From the sequence record ON000910.1: a DNA stretch of 64,000 bases; one strand, given 5' to 3'. The notes under the pieces are model-generated. The model did no database searches and was not told where the DNA came from. It saw nothing but the letters and a program-made list of their open reading frames with translations. Below, piece by piece: positions 28,154-37,530 of this stretch (position 1 is the first letter of the stretch; each line of letters opens with the position of its first letter). The position numbers were made by a program, and so were the translations under genes.

Positions 28154-29599
28154 CTACTTAATATCAATATCAATCAGATAGTTCGTTGCGTTAACGCTGA
28201 ACTCAATCAAAGTACCGTCAACCGAAACGTCAACGCCGTTTTCAACGATGTTTTCCATCATCGAGTAAAGTGTTTCTTGATCAAGCATCGCTTCAGAGAA
28301 AGATTGACCAACCTTGAATGAACTGAACTGATCATTTGCAAGAGCACGAATCAGTGAATCAACATCATCAACCATTTCAGTCACTGGACGTAGACTAGAC
28401 ATGATATTCGGGTGGAATACACGATTCGACTCAGCCATTGTTGAAAATGCAGTCACTGTTTGACGCTCAGGGGTAACACAACCATCGAACGATAGCATAG
28501 CTTCAGCAAATGCTTTACAGTCAAAACGTTTCACGCCTTTACGTTCCATCATCGCAATCATATCAAGAAGCGGGTAACCTGCTTCAGATAATTCAACGCG
28601 ATATTCTTCACACACACGACCTGCACGCATAGCATGTTCCGCGTTTGTTAGAACAATACTTGTGTTGTTGTGTTTCAGCTTCCAACCGTTGTCAAAATAC
28701 GCTTCTTTCACATCAACAAGATTTTGCCATGCAGTCGATGTCAGTGGCGCAGTCGCGATTTCTTTCGTGAAAACGTTCTGAGCATGTTCAATCATGGTGA
28801 TGTTCTGTTTCAGATCGTATGCTTTGAAGCCTTCTAGCATCGGCAAGCCAGTATCGTCTTTACGTTCACGAGCGTATGATACGTCTTTCGCTTCTTTTAC
28901 AATGAACAAGTCCATGATTTTACGGTTCAGTGCAGCCAATGTCAGTGCATTTTTACCAGACTTGATTTTCATCTCAGTGATGTCAGACAGTTCAGCTTTT
29001 GAGTCAACCGATTCAACAGTCACATAAACGTCACCAAGCTCGATGTTTTCAGCCATTGACAGTACTTCGGAGGCTGAATTGTCGTCGATTGATAGCGATT
29101 CAATTACAAGCTTATCAGAATCAGCAAGATTAATTTTCATTTCACGCATAGGGAAAACAACGTGAATGTCATTTTTCTTATAACCAAGCTTAGTCGCTTC
29201 AGCAACAACTTGATCTAAGTAACCGCCTTTAATCACGATGCTAGGAAGACGCGCTTCAGTACACATGATCATAGACTTAACTTGCTGTAGCTCATGTGCT
29301 GGCAATGATAAGAATTCGTTTTCCATAAGCAAGTTGATTGTGCTTACGTTCTCGCTCAGATTGATATCGAAGTTTTTCTCATCGACGTTTTTATCTTCAG
29401 CAAGTTTAGTACCCATGATAGATTTAAGCTCATTTGCCTTTTCCATCATGCCGATAGTTGTTTCAACGCCTTTGCCTTTGCTGAACTCAGTAGATGCAGT
29501 GCCTAGCTCAACAATAACTTGACCAAACTTAGGGTAGATTTTACCACCCTGAGTTTGACGGCGATTTTCACTCAGAAATGAGTCAAAGTTACCTAACAT
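28154..29599 (-). CDS. Hypothetical protein with a degenerate P-loop-like N-terminus, candidate internal virion protein
   Basis: MLGNFDSFLSE; YPKFGQVIVELGTASTEFSKGKG. Confidence 0.6.
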   Translation of the reverse strand: MLGNFDSFLSENRRQTQGGKIYPKFGQVIVELGTASTEFSKGKGVETTIGMMEKANELKSIMGTKLAEDKNVDEKNFDINLSENVSTINLLMENEFLSLPAHELQQVKSMIMCTEARLPSIVIKGGYLDQVVAEATKLGYKKNDIHVVFPMREMKINLADSDKLVIESLSIDDNSASEVLSMAENIELGDVYVTVESVDSKAELSDITEMKIKSGKNALTLAALNRKIMDLFIVKEAKDVSYARERKDDTGLPMLEGFKAYDLKQNITMIEHAQNVFTKEIATAPLTSTAWQNLVDVKEAYFDNGWKLKHNNTSIVLTNAEHAMRAGRVCEEYRVELSEAGYPLLDMIAMMERKGVKRFDCKAFAEAMLSFDGCVTPERQTVTAFSTMAESNRVFHPNIMSSLRPVTEMVDDVDSLIRALANDQFSSFKVGQSFSEAMLDQETLYSMMENIVENGVDVSVDGTLIEFSVNATNYLIDIDIK

Positions 29600-29608
29600 G
29601 TTAATTCC

Positions 29609-30121
29609 TTAATCGTAAAATTTCTGTAAGTTAAGTGGTTCTTTCTGTTCATCTGGTTGAGCTTTAGCAGTCTTGCCAGATTCGTAAGAATTGACACGTT
29701 CTAACATCTGTTGAAGAAAATCGAAATCAGTTTCTTCACCATCAATCGAGTAGTTAGACGAATCACATAAGAATACTTTATATTTAATCGCTGTATCTTT
29801 TCTTTCTTTCTTAATACGTTGTACAAACGCATTGAAGCAAATACGAGTGATATAAGCGTGTGGGTTGTTATACTTGTCAGTGTCGAAGTTCTTGATATAG
29901 CGCAAGCAATGTTCGATTGCGTCACCAATCATCTCTTCTTTCCATGTTGCAGTATACCCACTAAAATTGTAACGGCGAGATAAATTCTCGCTAATCTTCA
30001 TGATACTGATTGCTACCACGTCAGGGACGGGAATTGCAGCATCAGGGTGTTTCTTCATTTCGCTTTTCCATTCGCATAAAGATGCGTACAGGGCTTTATT
30101 ATCTACATAATGATTTTTCAT
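29609..30121 (-). CDS. 55: Late-transcription sigma factor
   Basis: HYVDNK, NFSGYT..WKEEMIGD, NPHAYIT. Confidence 0.96.
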   Translation of the reverse strand: MKNHYVDNKALYASLCEWKSEMKKHPDAAIPVPDVVAISIMKISENLSRRYNFSGYTATWKEEMIGDAIEHCLRYIKNFDTDKYNNPHAYITRICFNAFVQRIKKERKDTAIKYKVFLCDSSNYSIDGEETDFDFLQQMLERVNSYESGKTAKAQPDEQKEPLNLQKFYD

Positions 30122-30129
30122 GTCACACC

Positions 30130-31029
30130 TTATACCGTTACTGCGTGAGTGTATGACAGCTTAGAACTGTTCGCAAGAACACCAAGATTATCCCAATCGA
30201 TTTCAACTGCACCCGTTTGATTATCTTCTAATGGTGCAACGGTCAATGCGTATCGAGCAATCACACCGTAAATTGGGTGGAATGATTTTGAGTCTTGTGT
30301 TTTATATTGATATGCAATACCAGCGTCTGTTGCTTTGTCAAAGTTGTATGGGCTGAATACTAAACTTGAGATTTCATAATCACCAAGTTCTTTCTTAACA
30401 CCAATTGTTACGTAGTCAGTCGTTGCATACTTGTCATGAACTAGATATAACCCAGAGTCACATTTATACATGCTAGTATCACCAATCTGTGTAGCCATAC
30501 CAGTGCCCGTCAATAGACCAAATGCTTCACCACCTGCTACGATATATGTACCTGTACAACCCGTTGACTTTTCAATCTCAGCAGCAGATGCATGGACGAA
30601 CGAGTATAATTCTCGACCTTTATCAAAACGGTTAGTAATAGCAGATAGCGTAATTGCACTACCAACAGTTGAAATACTGTTTAGTGCATCGATGATATTA
30701 GTGTTGATGTCATCTGCGATTTGATCAGCAATAGAATCTGTGATAATCGATTCATTGACACCAAGTGCTTGCATGTCTTGAATTGTTTCAAGTGAGATTT
30801 CAGTTTTTAGCTTTGATGATTGAACTTGTGCATACCAGCGATCAAGTCTAAAACCATGTGGCAGCCACCCACTCGCGTCATCAGCTTCAGCTACAGATTT
30901 GAAACCGAACGCAGTCGCAACCGGTTGAGTTGTTGGCTGTTCTGAAACGATTTGCGTAAATATTAACGGGTATAGTCGTTTTTGAACAGAAACAATGTCT
31001 GGTAAACCGTTACTATTAGATACAGTCAT
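30130..31029 (-). CDS. Capsid-protein-family (gp23/gp24-like, vertex-type) protein
   Basis: QPTTQPVATAF, SKLKTEISLETIQD, IADDIN; perfect TATAAATA at 31086-31093. Confidence 0.75.
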   Translation of the reverse strand: MTVSNSNGLPDIVSVQKRLYPLIFTQIVSEQPTTQPVATAFGFKSVAEADDASGWLPHGFRLDRWYAQVQSSKLKTEISLETIQDMQALGVNESIITDSIADQIADDINTNIIDALNSISTVGSAITLSAITNRFDKGRELYSFVHASAAEIEKSTGCTGTYIVAGGEAFGLLTGTGMATQIGDTSMYKCDSGLYLVHDKYATTDYVTIGVKKELGDYEISSLVFSPYNFDKATDAGIAYQYKTQDSKSFHPIYGVIARYALTVAPLEDNQTGAVEIDWDNLGVLANSSKLSYTHAVTV

Positions 31030-31084
31030 TGTATGATTCCTTTAATTTATTGCCGCATTTCAGCGGAGAGAATGTTATTTTCTT

Positions 31085-31324
31085 TTATTTATATGTCTGG
31101 TTATCAACCCATTGCTTGAGTTCTGGAAGATGACCTATGTATGTATCACCATGCATAGCAAGAGGCACGCGAATGTTGCGCACCCCACCAAGTTTCTCAT
31201 GCAATTTATCGATATCAGATTGAGACTGTAACTCTATTACAGTGTACGGGACGTTTTTGAACTTACAGAGGGAAATTGCGTGACGACAGCCGTCACAGTT
31301 GGGAATTGTGTATATCGTTATCAT
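31085..31324 (-). CDS. Glutaredoxin
   Basis: YTIPNCDGC, VP, YIG. Confidence 0.9.
   Translation of the reverse strand: MITIYTIPNCDGCRHAISLCKFKNVPYTVIELQSQSDIDKLHEKLGGVRNIRVPLAMHGDTYIGHLPELKQWVDNQTYK
31086..31093 (-). promoter_or_regulatory. T4 late promoter
   Basis: Exact TATAAATA. Confidence 0.75.
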
Positions 31325-31371
31325 TTCTTCACCTCGACCTATATTATACGTCTGCCAAGGTGGTTATTAAA

Positions 31372-31425
31372 CAAATCTTACTAATACTTCTAATATTACT
31401 AAAAGCACTAATACTACTAAGATGA
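31372..31425. repeat. 9-bp periodic degenerate tandem array (CTAA core)
   Basis: CTAA at 31381, 31390, 31399, 31408, 31417. Confidence 0.75.
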
Positions 31426-31448
31426 GACGGAATTTTTCCGCTCAAACC

Positions 31449-31470
31449 AAAAAAAGCCCCTTTCGGGGCT
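31449..31470 (-). terminator. Rho-independent terminator
   Basis: AGCCCC-gaaa-GGGGCT plus T-run. Confidence 0.85.
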
Positions 31471-31488
31471 ATAAAGAGAACAACAATG

Positions 31489-32316
31489 TTATAAACCGTG
31501 AGATTTTTTGAAAGTGTCTAGACGCTTTTCGATTGTGTGAGCTTCTAGTTCAATAATGATGTACCAATCTTTGTATTTACCACGCTGTTCAAATGACACT
31601 GACTTACAACCTTTGTGAGTAGTATTCATTACGATTTCTGCGATTGCGTCACGAGCAGCTTGACCACGTGCGTTTACTTTCTTAGCAGGCTTAGGCGCTT
31701 CAGCTTTCTTTTCAGCTTTCGGTGCAGGTGCTGCTACAGGTTCAACTGCTTTAGTATTTTCAGCTTTCTTAGCTTCGTGATCTGCTTTGATAGCGTTGAA
31801 TGTTGATGTTGCAACGCAACGAAGTTGACCTTCAGTTTCAGCTTTACGACCTTTCACGTATAGAGACTTGATGTGTACTGGTTGAAAACGCTTAGTCAAA
31901 CGATCTGTTTTCTGAACTACTTCAATTTCACCTTGAGCGTTTTCGAAGAAAACAACGTACTTGCTATCTACAGCATCAGGGTTAGATACAGTTGAGCAAC
32001 GCTTTGCATCGCCACCTAGTTGACGGTGTACACGCTTCCAGATAGCACCGTGACCACGTTCGTTGTAATCAGTGTAAGCAATCGCGTGAGCCATTTCGTG
32101 AGTGATTGTGATGATTTGCTCTTCTTTAGTACGAGCGTTCAAGAATTTTTCAGAAAGACGTAGTGTTTTAGTACGGTAGTTACAATCACCTAGTGCAGCT
32201 TTACGTTTTGAAAATTCGAATGACCAACCTTCTGCAATCAGATCGCGCTTCATCAAGTTGTTACCAGACATAAGGTCGATTGCGATAGCTTTCATTTCTG
32301 CTTTAGTGATTGTCAT
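31489..32316 (-). CDS. SprT-like zinc metalloprotease
   Basis: ALGDCNY..K.LRLS, ITHEMAHA, HGAIWK. Confidence 0.85.
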   Translation of the reverse strand: MTITKAEMKAIAIDLMSGNNLMKRDLIAEGWSFEFSKRKAALGDCNYRTKTLRLSEKFLNARTKEEQIITITHEMAHAIAYTDYNERGHGAIWKRVHRQLGGDAKRCSTVSNPDAVDSKYVVFFENAQGEIEVVQKTDRLTKRFQPVHIKSLYVKGRKAETEGQLRCVATSTFNAIKADHEAKKAENTKAVEPVAAPAPKAEKKAEAPKPAKKVNARGQAARDAIAEIVMNTTHKGCKSVSFEQRGKYKDWYIIIELEAHTIEKRLDTFKKSHGL

Positions 32317-32324
32317 AATGTTCT

Positions 32325-32393
32325 CTCTTTAAGTAGTTCGTATCTCGTCTTGATGTGTTTATTATCGGGGATTGACGTGTTATTGTCAATCCC
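32325..32393 (-). promoter_or_regulatory. Early promoter with the -35 in a hairpin
   Basis: GGGATTGACA-ataacac-GTCAATCCC; TTGACA-17-GATAAT. Confidence 0.75.
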
Positions 32394-32424
32394 TAAAACT
32401 ACTTTTTTCGTGAATTATTTCAAA

Positions 32425-32928
32425 TTATTCACTAATTGACTTCACTTTTTCGATAATTTCAACGATTTCTTTCGCTGAACGATTCGAAAATATGATTGTC
32501 GATTTTTTGCGTCGCTGTACTTCTTTATGCTTTGCTGGGTTTAGATGTCCAAGTTCGCGATCAAGTTCCTTATTTGATAATACACTAGAACGAATCATTA
32601 CGCGATGACTATCAGGCAGTCCAGTAGTCACGTATACATTTAGACCGTGCTCTTCAGAGTCCATACCAGGCTGAGATTCTCGAATCTCCCAAAAATCTGA
32701 AGACTCGCTTTGTAGTTCTGCAAGTAGTTCTTCAGCAGTTGCTTTAGGCTGTGCTTCAGCGCGTACTTTACGTGCTTTCTTCGTCTTAGCAGATTTCATT
32801 GCTTTCTGACGAAGGTCTGTTAAATAATGACGACGACCTTTCTCATCAACAGCTTGAAAACCGTTTGAGTCTACTGTCATGTTGAAGTAAGCAGCAAGTT
32901 GTTCGTTAGTCAGTGATTGTACATTCAT
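32425..32928 (-). CDS. Hypothetical early protein
   Basis: Follows the promoter TTGCAC-17-TAATAT (32968-32996). Confidence 0.75.
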   Translation of the reverse strand: MNVQSLTNEQLAAYFNMTVDSNGFQAVDEKGRRHYLTDLRQKAMKSAKTKKARKVRAEAQPKATAEELLAELQSESSDFWEIRESQPGMDSEEHGLNVYVTTGLPDSHRVMIRSSVLSNKELDRELGHLNPAKHKEVQRRKKSTIIFSNRSAKEIVEIIEKVKSISE

Positions 32929-33086
32929 AATTATTCTCTCTGTTCGTTAATTCGTTTCGATGAAGCTATATTAGGTCTATATTGTTTTTCGTGCAACCTT
33001 TTTCTTACAAAAAGTTTAAAATAATTTCAACGGGTGTTATGAGCAATCATAAATACACATATATTTCTAAAGGGTGAGTCTATAAA

Positions 33087-34715
33087 ATGATTGGATTTCA
33101 ACAATTAAATGAAAACATGAGCGCAACGTACGACTATTATCCGGCTCGCTCGACCAAAGAAAACAAATTCTTTGTGATCGACATGAAAGGCGAAGCCAGA
33201 GACATCGTTGTTTCGTTCACAACTAAAACAAAATCAGATATCGGAAATCGCGGTAAACGTGCGTGGTTCTGTACTGTATCAGCAATGCGCGGCAAAAAAG
33301 GCGGTGTTACTATTCGTGAAATGGGAGATGAACAAAAGCTTCAACAAACTATTGTTAAAGTGGTTCAAGATTTCATGATCAAACGTCGTGCGAATGTCGT
33401 TTCAATGCGTGTGCAGAAACTAGGTACGGGTAAGATGTTCGACTTGCGCGTTAAAACGTTGTTTAAAAAGCTACGTTACGGCTGTGATACAACTAAGATC
33501 ATTGGCGTGGGTGGTGAAGAAATTTCGCAAGATTACAGCTTCTTTATTGTAACCAAACCAGGGTATAATGCCGATAAGCTATTCGAAGCATCTGAAGAAA
33601 CAATTAACGATATTGCGTTAAAAATGTCACTCGAAACTGATATTTCAAGCAAGAAAACGATTATCGTAACTGCCGATGCTGCGTATGACGACTATGAAGA
33701 TGACGTACTAGGTAAATGGGTAGAAGAAAACCCCGCTGCACGTGTTCCAAATGATGTTCTTCAAATGCCTCAATATGAAGCGCGTGTAAGTTCGTCTGTT
33801 CGTTCTCAATTGAATGAAAGCAATGAACATGTTCTTGCTAATGCTGCGAAAGGTTTAATTGATATGAGTTTGAATCTTGAAACTGTGGCAGTTTCATTGA
33901 ATTCATATATCGCCGAATCGAAGAAGCCTCAAAGCGTTCTGAATAGTATCATGGAATCTCGCTCACGTGCTCATGCAAGTCAGTATGAACGTCTTTCTTT
34001 GCAACTTATGCAGGAAGATTCATTTGCGGGTCTATCGTCACTTACACAAGCTGCTATTGCTAGATACTCCGCGACTCGTTTTTCATGGAAGGTGAATGAA
34101 GAGTTATTACACGGAACGGGTGTTGATAAAGAATCACAGATTGTCTCACGCATCGACCAAGCGTTTTCTGAAGCTGGTATGATTGCTGGTGGAATGACGT
34201 TATATCGTGGCTGTGAAATGTCAAGTAAACATGTGCGCTCTATTCTTGAATCTGGCTCGTTTGTTTCGACTGCGTTTATCTCAACGTCAATCGACCCTCT
34301 TGTTGCTTGTAAGTTCGTTGAATCAAGCTCTAAGAACATCATTGATTCAACTGCTAAGAATAGTAAATCAGATATGCGTTCTCTGCTTGAGTCAGATAAG
34401 AAAATGAATGTTGTATTCATCATAGAAGCGAGCGGCTTGCCTGTTTTAGCTTCAGGTAAACACGGTATGAAAGACTCAAAAGAGATTATCATCAACCGTA
34501 ATACGATGTTTGAAGCTGACGTTGTTCAAATGTCTGAATACGACGCTGTAATTCGATTGAAAATCAAAGAAGATACGAAGCAAGGTGTATTGTCTGCTTT
34601 CAAAAAGCAAGAGCGTTTACACGAGCTTTCAGAAGTAGCCAATTTCATGCGTTCTGTTGATGTAGATATCGATGCAGATAGACTAACAAAAGAGCGTAGT
34701 CCTCTAACACCATGA
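33087..34715 (+). CDS. alt: Alt-like NAD-protein ADP-ribosyltransferase
   Basis: TLYRG, FISTSIDP, SKEIIINR (R-STS-E fold); CATAAATA at 33048-33055; near ligase as in T4. Confidence 0.8.
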   Translation: MIGFQQLNENMSATYDYYPARSTKENKFFVIDMKGEARDIVVSFTTKTKSDIGNRGKRAWFCTVSAMRGKKGGVTIREMGDEQKLQQTIVKVVQDFMIKRRANVVSMRVQKLGTGKMFDLRVKTLFKKLRYGCDTTKIIGVGGEEISQDYSFFIVTKPGYNADKLFEASEETINDIALKMSLETDISSKKTIIVTADAAYDDYEDDVLGKWVEENPAARVPNDVLQMPQYEARVSSSVRSQLNESNEHVLANAAKGLIDMSLNLETVAVSLNSYIAESKKPQSVLNSIMESRSRAHASQYERLSLQLMQEDSFAGLSSLTQAAIARYSATRFSWKVNEELLHGTGVDKESQIVSRIDQAFSEAGMIAGGMTLYRGCEMSSKHVRSILESGSFVSTAFISTSIDPLVACKFVESSSKNIIDSTAKNSKSDMRSLLESDKKMNVVFIIEASGLPVLASGKHGMKDSKEIIINRNTMFEADVVQMSEYDAVIRLKIKEDTKQGVLSAFKKQERLHELSEVANFMRSVDVDIDADRLTKERSPLTP

Positions 34716-34718
34716 TCG

Positions 34719-34746
34719 AAAAAGGGAGCAATTTGCTCCCTTTTTT
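34719..34746. terminator. Bidirectional terminator
   Basis: AAAAAGGGAGCAA-t-TTGCTCCCTTTTTT between convergent genes. Confidence 0.85.
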
Positions 34747-35632
34747 ATTCAACTCTAATAAGACTATGACCCCAAACTTCTTCAAAGTCGCTTACCTTTT
34801 CAACCATGTAAAGTGTGTTGTAGTCAAGAATCAGCATTTTACCATCTTCTAGAATCGCGCCCTTCTCTAGTAATTCAGCTTCTCCATCACCACCCCATGC
34901 AGGTTTAGCAATAATAGTACCTAGCAGACTTTCCCATATTTCAACCGTGTCTAAATTATCAAATTTATTACCATTGATTGATGCTTTAATTTGAACTGTT
35001 TTATCATTAACTCGTTTGATTGTAGCGAACCCATTTGTCATACGAATCAATTCAAAATCACCAGGTCGTTCACACTCAAATAGCGTCGCCCATGTGAATG
35101 CGTTCACTCTAGGGAAATCAACATATGTGATCTCATCTTCGACTTTAATACCATCATTTGGTAGTCGTCTAATTTCATTAGATGGGTTGTTGTTTTTTAA
35201 TACAAACATACGCCCGTGCGTTTGTAAAGTATAGTCCATCTGCTTTGCGTATCGTTCAGCCATGCGCTTGTAAAGATTATAGCGTTTCTTTGCATCTCTG
35301 TCGTCATGGTCTGCAAATGCGCTGAATGTAATGTAATCTGGGTTTTCTCGTTTAGCCTTGTCAAACGTAGCTGCAAGCACCGTACTCATTACCATCAATG
35401 AATCTTTCGCGTTGCTCGATTTCTTTAATTCATATGAATACTGACCATCTGGTCTTTTCCACATAAATGAAACGTCAATTATGCGTCCGCGTGCTTCATC
35501 TTTGCTAGTTATGATTGCTTTATACATAGTCCCGCCGATTTCAAAAAACGCTTCGTCGTCGGTCAGCCAGTCATAATTCGCTGCTCTATCAAACGCTTCA
35601 AATAGCGCGTCATATCCCTCGAATATAATCAT
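34745..35632 (-). CDS. Late hypothetical protein, candidate internal virion protein
   Basis: Perfect TATAAATA at 35656-35663; MIIFE N-terminus. Confidence 0.7.
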   Translation of the reverse strand: MIIFEGYDALFEAFDRAANYDWLTDDEAFFEIGGTMYKAIITSKDEARGRIIDVSFMWKRPDGQYSYELKKSSNAKDSLMVMSTVLAATFDKAKRENPDYITFSAFADHDDRDAKKRYNLYKRMAERYAKQMDYTLQTHGRMFVLKNNNPSNEIRRLPNDGIKVEDEITYVDFPRVNAFTWATLFECERPGDFELIRMTNGFATIKRVNDKTVQIKASINGNKFDNLDTVEIWESLLGTIIAKPAWGGDGEAELLEKGAILEDGKMLILDYNTLYMVEKVSDFEEVWGHSLIRVE

Positions 35633-35655
35633 TTTATTGTCTCTCTAAATGAAAG

Positions 35656-35663
35656 TATTTATA
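35656..35663 (-). promoter_or_regulatory. T4 late promoter
   Basis: Exact TATAAATA, directly downstream of the ligase terminator (35675-35698). Confidence 0.75.
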
Positions 35664-35698
35664 CGCACAAACGCAAAAAGGGGCATAAGCCCCCTTTA

Positions 35699-37036
35699 TT
35701 AACCTTTGAACCCGCTCATTTCTTCAAGCGCATTCGCAACATCTTTGTCATCACGGAATTGCACGAAAATAGGCAAGAAACAAGACCATGTTTCTTTATT
35801 ACGTGCGCGTGTGATTGCGTTGTAGTTGATTTCAACAATCATACCGATTACTTCATCACGACGTTCCCAAATTTCAGCACGCTGTTTATCACTGAAGCCA
35901 CTACCGACTTTAGTAATCAACATACCGCAAGCTGAACGAAGAAGAAGAGCACCCATTTTGCCTTTGTTCTTCTTGTCGCCTTCGATTACTTCAATGATCT
36001 CTAAATCACCATCGTGAACTTCTTTGTATTTCACAAGTGATTTGCTTCGCTTGTTTTCCCAGAGTGCATCTGGGTCTTTCAAGATGATACCTTCTAGACC
36101 TTGAGCAACGTACTGATTGTAGATTTCAGATGCTTGTTCTTTTGTAGAAACAGTCTGCCACGGAATCGGTTCGATGATACCACGTGCTTTAATAGCAACA
36201 TCTGCAAGAATCTGTTTACGTTTACTGTACGGCATGTTCAATTCATTCGAGTTACCGAAATAAACGTCTTCAGGGATGATATCCCATACTTGAAATACAA
36301 TGTCAGCCTGTTCTTTCGGTGTGATTGTACCTTTACTTGCTTTGTTGACAATGCCATTACCAGTCGAACGGTCTTCAACCTCATGTAAACCGTTTGGCGC
36401 GTACACAAGCTCACCGTCGATAACAAAGCCGTTTACACCCATTTCAGTCAAGCCTTTCTCAACTTTGACTAGACCTTGATAGCGTTTACCGTTACGCGAT
36501 GTAAGAGTAATGTTACCATCTAAGTCAACATGAGCGAAACAACGAGCACCATCAGCTTTTAATTCAGCGTATGCGATTTTAGTTAGAATCGCGTCGATTA
36601 GTTTGTCGTTCTTCGGGCTTGCAAGCATTTGAGGTTGTTCTGGAATCAGTTTCTTCCAAACTTTGTTTGCAGTACCACCCGTACAACCAGTTCGAAGATC
36701 TTTCAAGATAACACGACGAATCACTTCCGCGTCGTCTTCAGAAACTGAAGCGAGTATACGAGCAACAAAATCTTGTGCAGAATGACCGCGCACTTGATTC
36801 ACAACCAACGCACTAAACACTTGCTCTAGTGCATCTTCTAGTTCGGTATATTCATGCACATATGCTTCACCTGCATTCACTTCAGGCAGTTTCTTCATAT
36901 TAAACTGATACGTAGGTGTGTATGCAAGCTCAAATACACGCTTTAGCAATTCATTGTCTTTTTCAGACTTCAGGATTGCTTCTTTTTCAGTGCGTTTAGT
37001 CGTTGCTGCTAGTTTATTCAGGATTGGTAGAATCAT
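35699..37036 (-). CDS. 30: ATP-dependent DNA ligase
   Basis: ELKADGAR, IDGELV, EGIILK, KYK. Confidence 0.97.
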   Translation of the reverse strand: MILPILNKLAATTKRTEKEAILKSEKDNELLKRVFELAYTPTYQFNMKKLPEVNAGEAYVHEYTELEDALEQVFSALVVNQVRGHSAQDFVARILASVSEDDAEVIRRVILKDLRTGCTGGTANKVWKKLIPEQPQMLASPKNDKLIDAILTKIAYAELKADGARCFAHVDLDGNITLTSRNGKRYQGLVKVEKGLTEMGVNGFVIDGELVYAPNGLHEVEDRSTGNGIVNKASKGTITPKEQADIVFQVWDIIPEDVYFGNSNELNMPYSKRKQILADVAIKARGIIEPIPWQTVSTKEQASEIYNQYVAQGLEGIILKDPDALWENKRSKSLVKYKEVHDGDLEIIEVIEGDKKNKGKMGALLLRSACGMLITKVGSGFSDKQRAEIWERRDEVIGMIVEINYNAITRARNKETWSCFLPIFVQFRDDKDVANALEEMSGFKG

Positions 37037-37226
37037 CTGGACCCTCTATATAAATTTCAGGACGAACACGTGCAACAAAGCACTGTTCGTGTAAATCATT
37101 TTTGTACAACACTTTAAGTGCATCTTGCTCTTTCAGGTACAATGCAGGCATTGTAACATCACCGAGATCAATAATCGCCACTTCTTGGTTGCTTTTCATT
37201 AGTATAGCAAACATCATTTTCCTCAA
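37014..37226 (-). CDS. Hypothetical protein
   Basis: ORF in the operon. Confidence 0.55.
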   Translation of the reverse strand: MRKMMFAILMKSNQEVAIIDLGDVTMPALYLKEQDALKVLYKNDLHEQCFVARVRPEIYIEGPDDSTNPE

Positions 37227-37467
37227 AATATACGTTGCCGTTGTTGATTGTTACTAAGAATGGCTTACCTGCGATATGATCACCGTAAATGTGAACAATA
37301 TAATCACAAGCTTCTTTGTTCCATTCTTGCCAATCGGTTTGCAATTCAGCTTCCCATTCTTCTCGATTCGAAAAGAACGGCTTGCCTTTTGACTCTCGCT
37401 TATCTAACGCAACAGCACGTTTTGCAAGTGCGCTATCAGCATGAATAATATAAGCTCGTTTAATCAT
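37168..37467 (-). CDS. Hypothetical protein
   Basis: Follows the promoter GTTTAAC-17-TATAAT (37500-37529). Confidence 0.65.
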   Translation of the reverse strand: MIKRAYIIHADSALAKRAVALDKRESKGKPFFSNREEWEAELQTDWQEWNKEACDYIVHIYGDHIAGKPFLVTINNGNVYFEENDVCYTNEKQPRSGDY

Positions 37468-37530
37468 AATTAACCCAAAAAAGCCCCGACAGGAGCTTTA
37501 TTATATGATGAATGTAAGACGTGTTAAACT

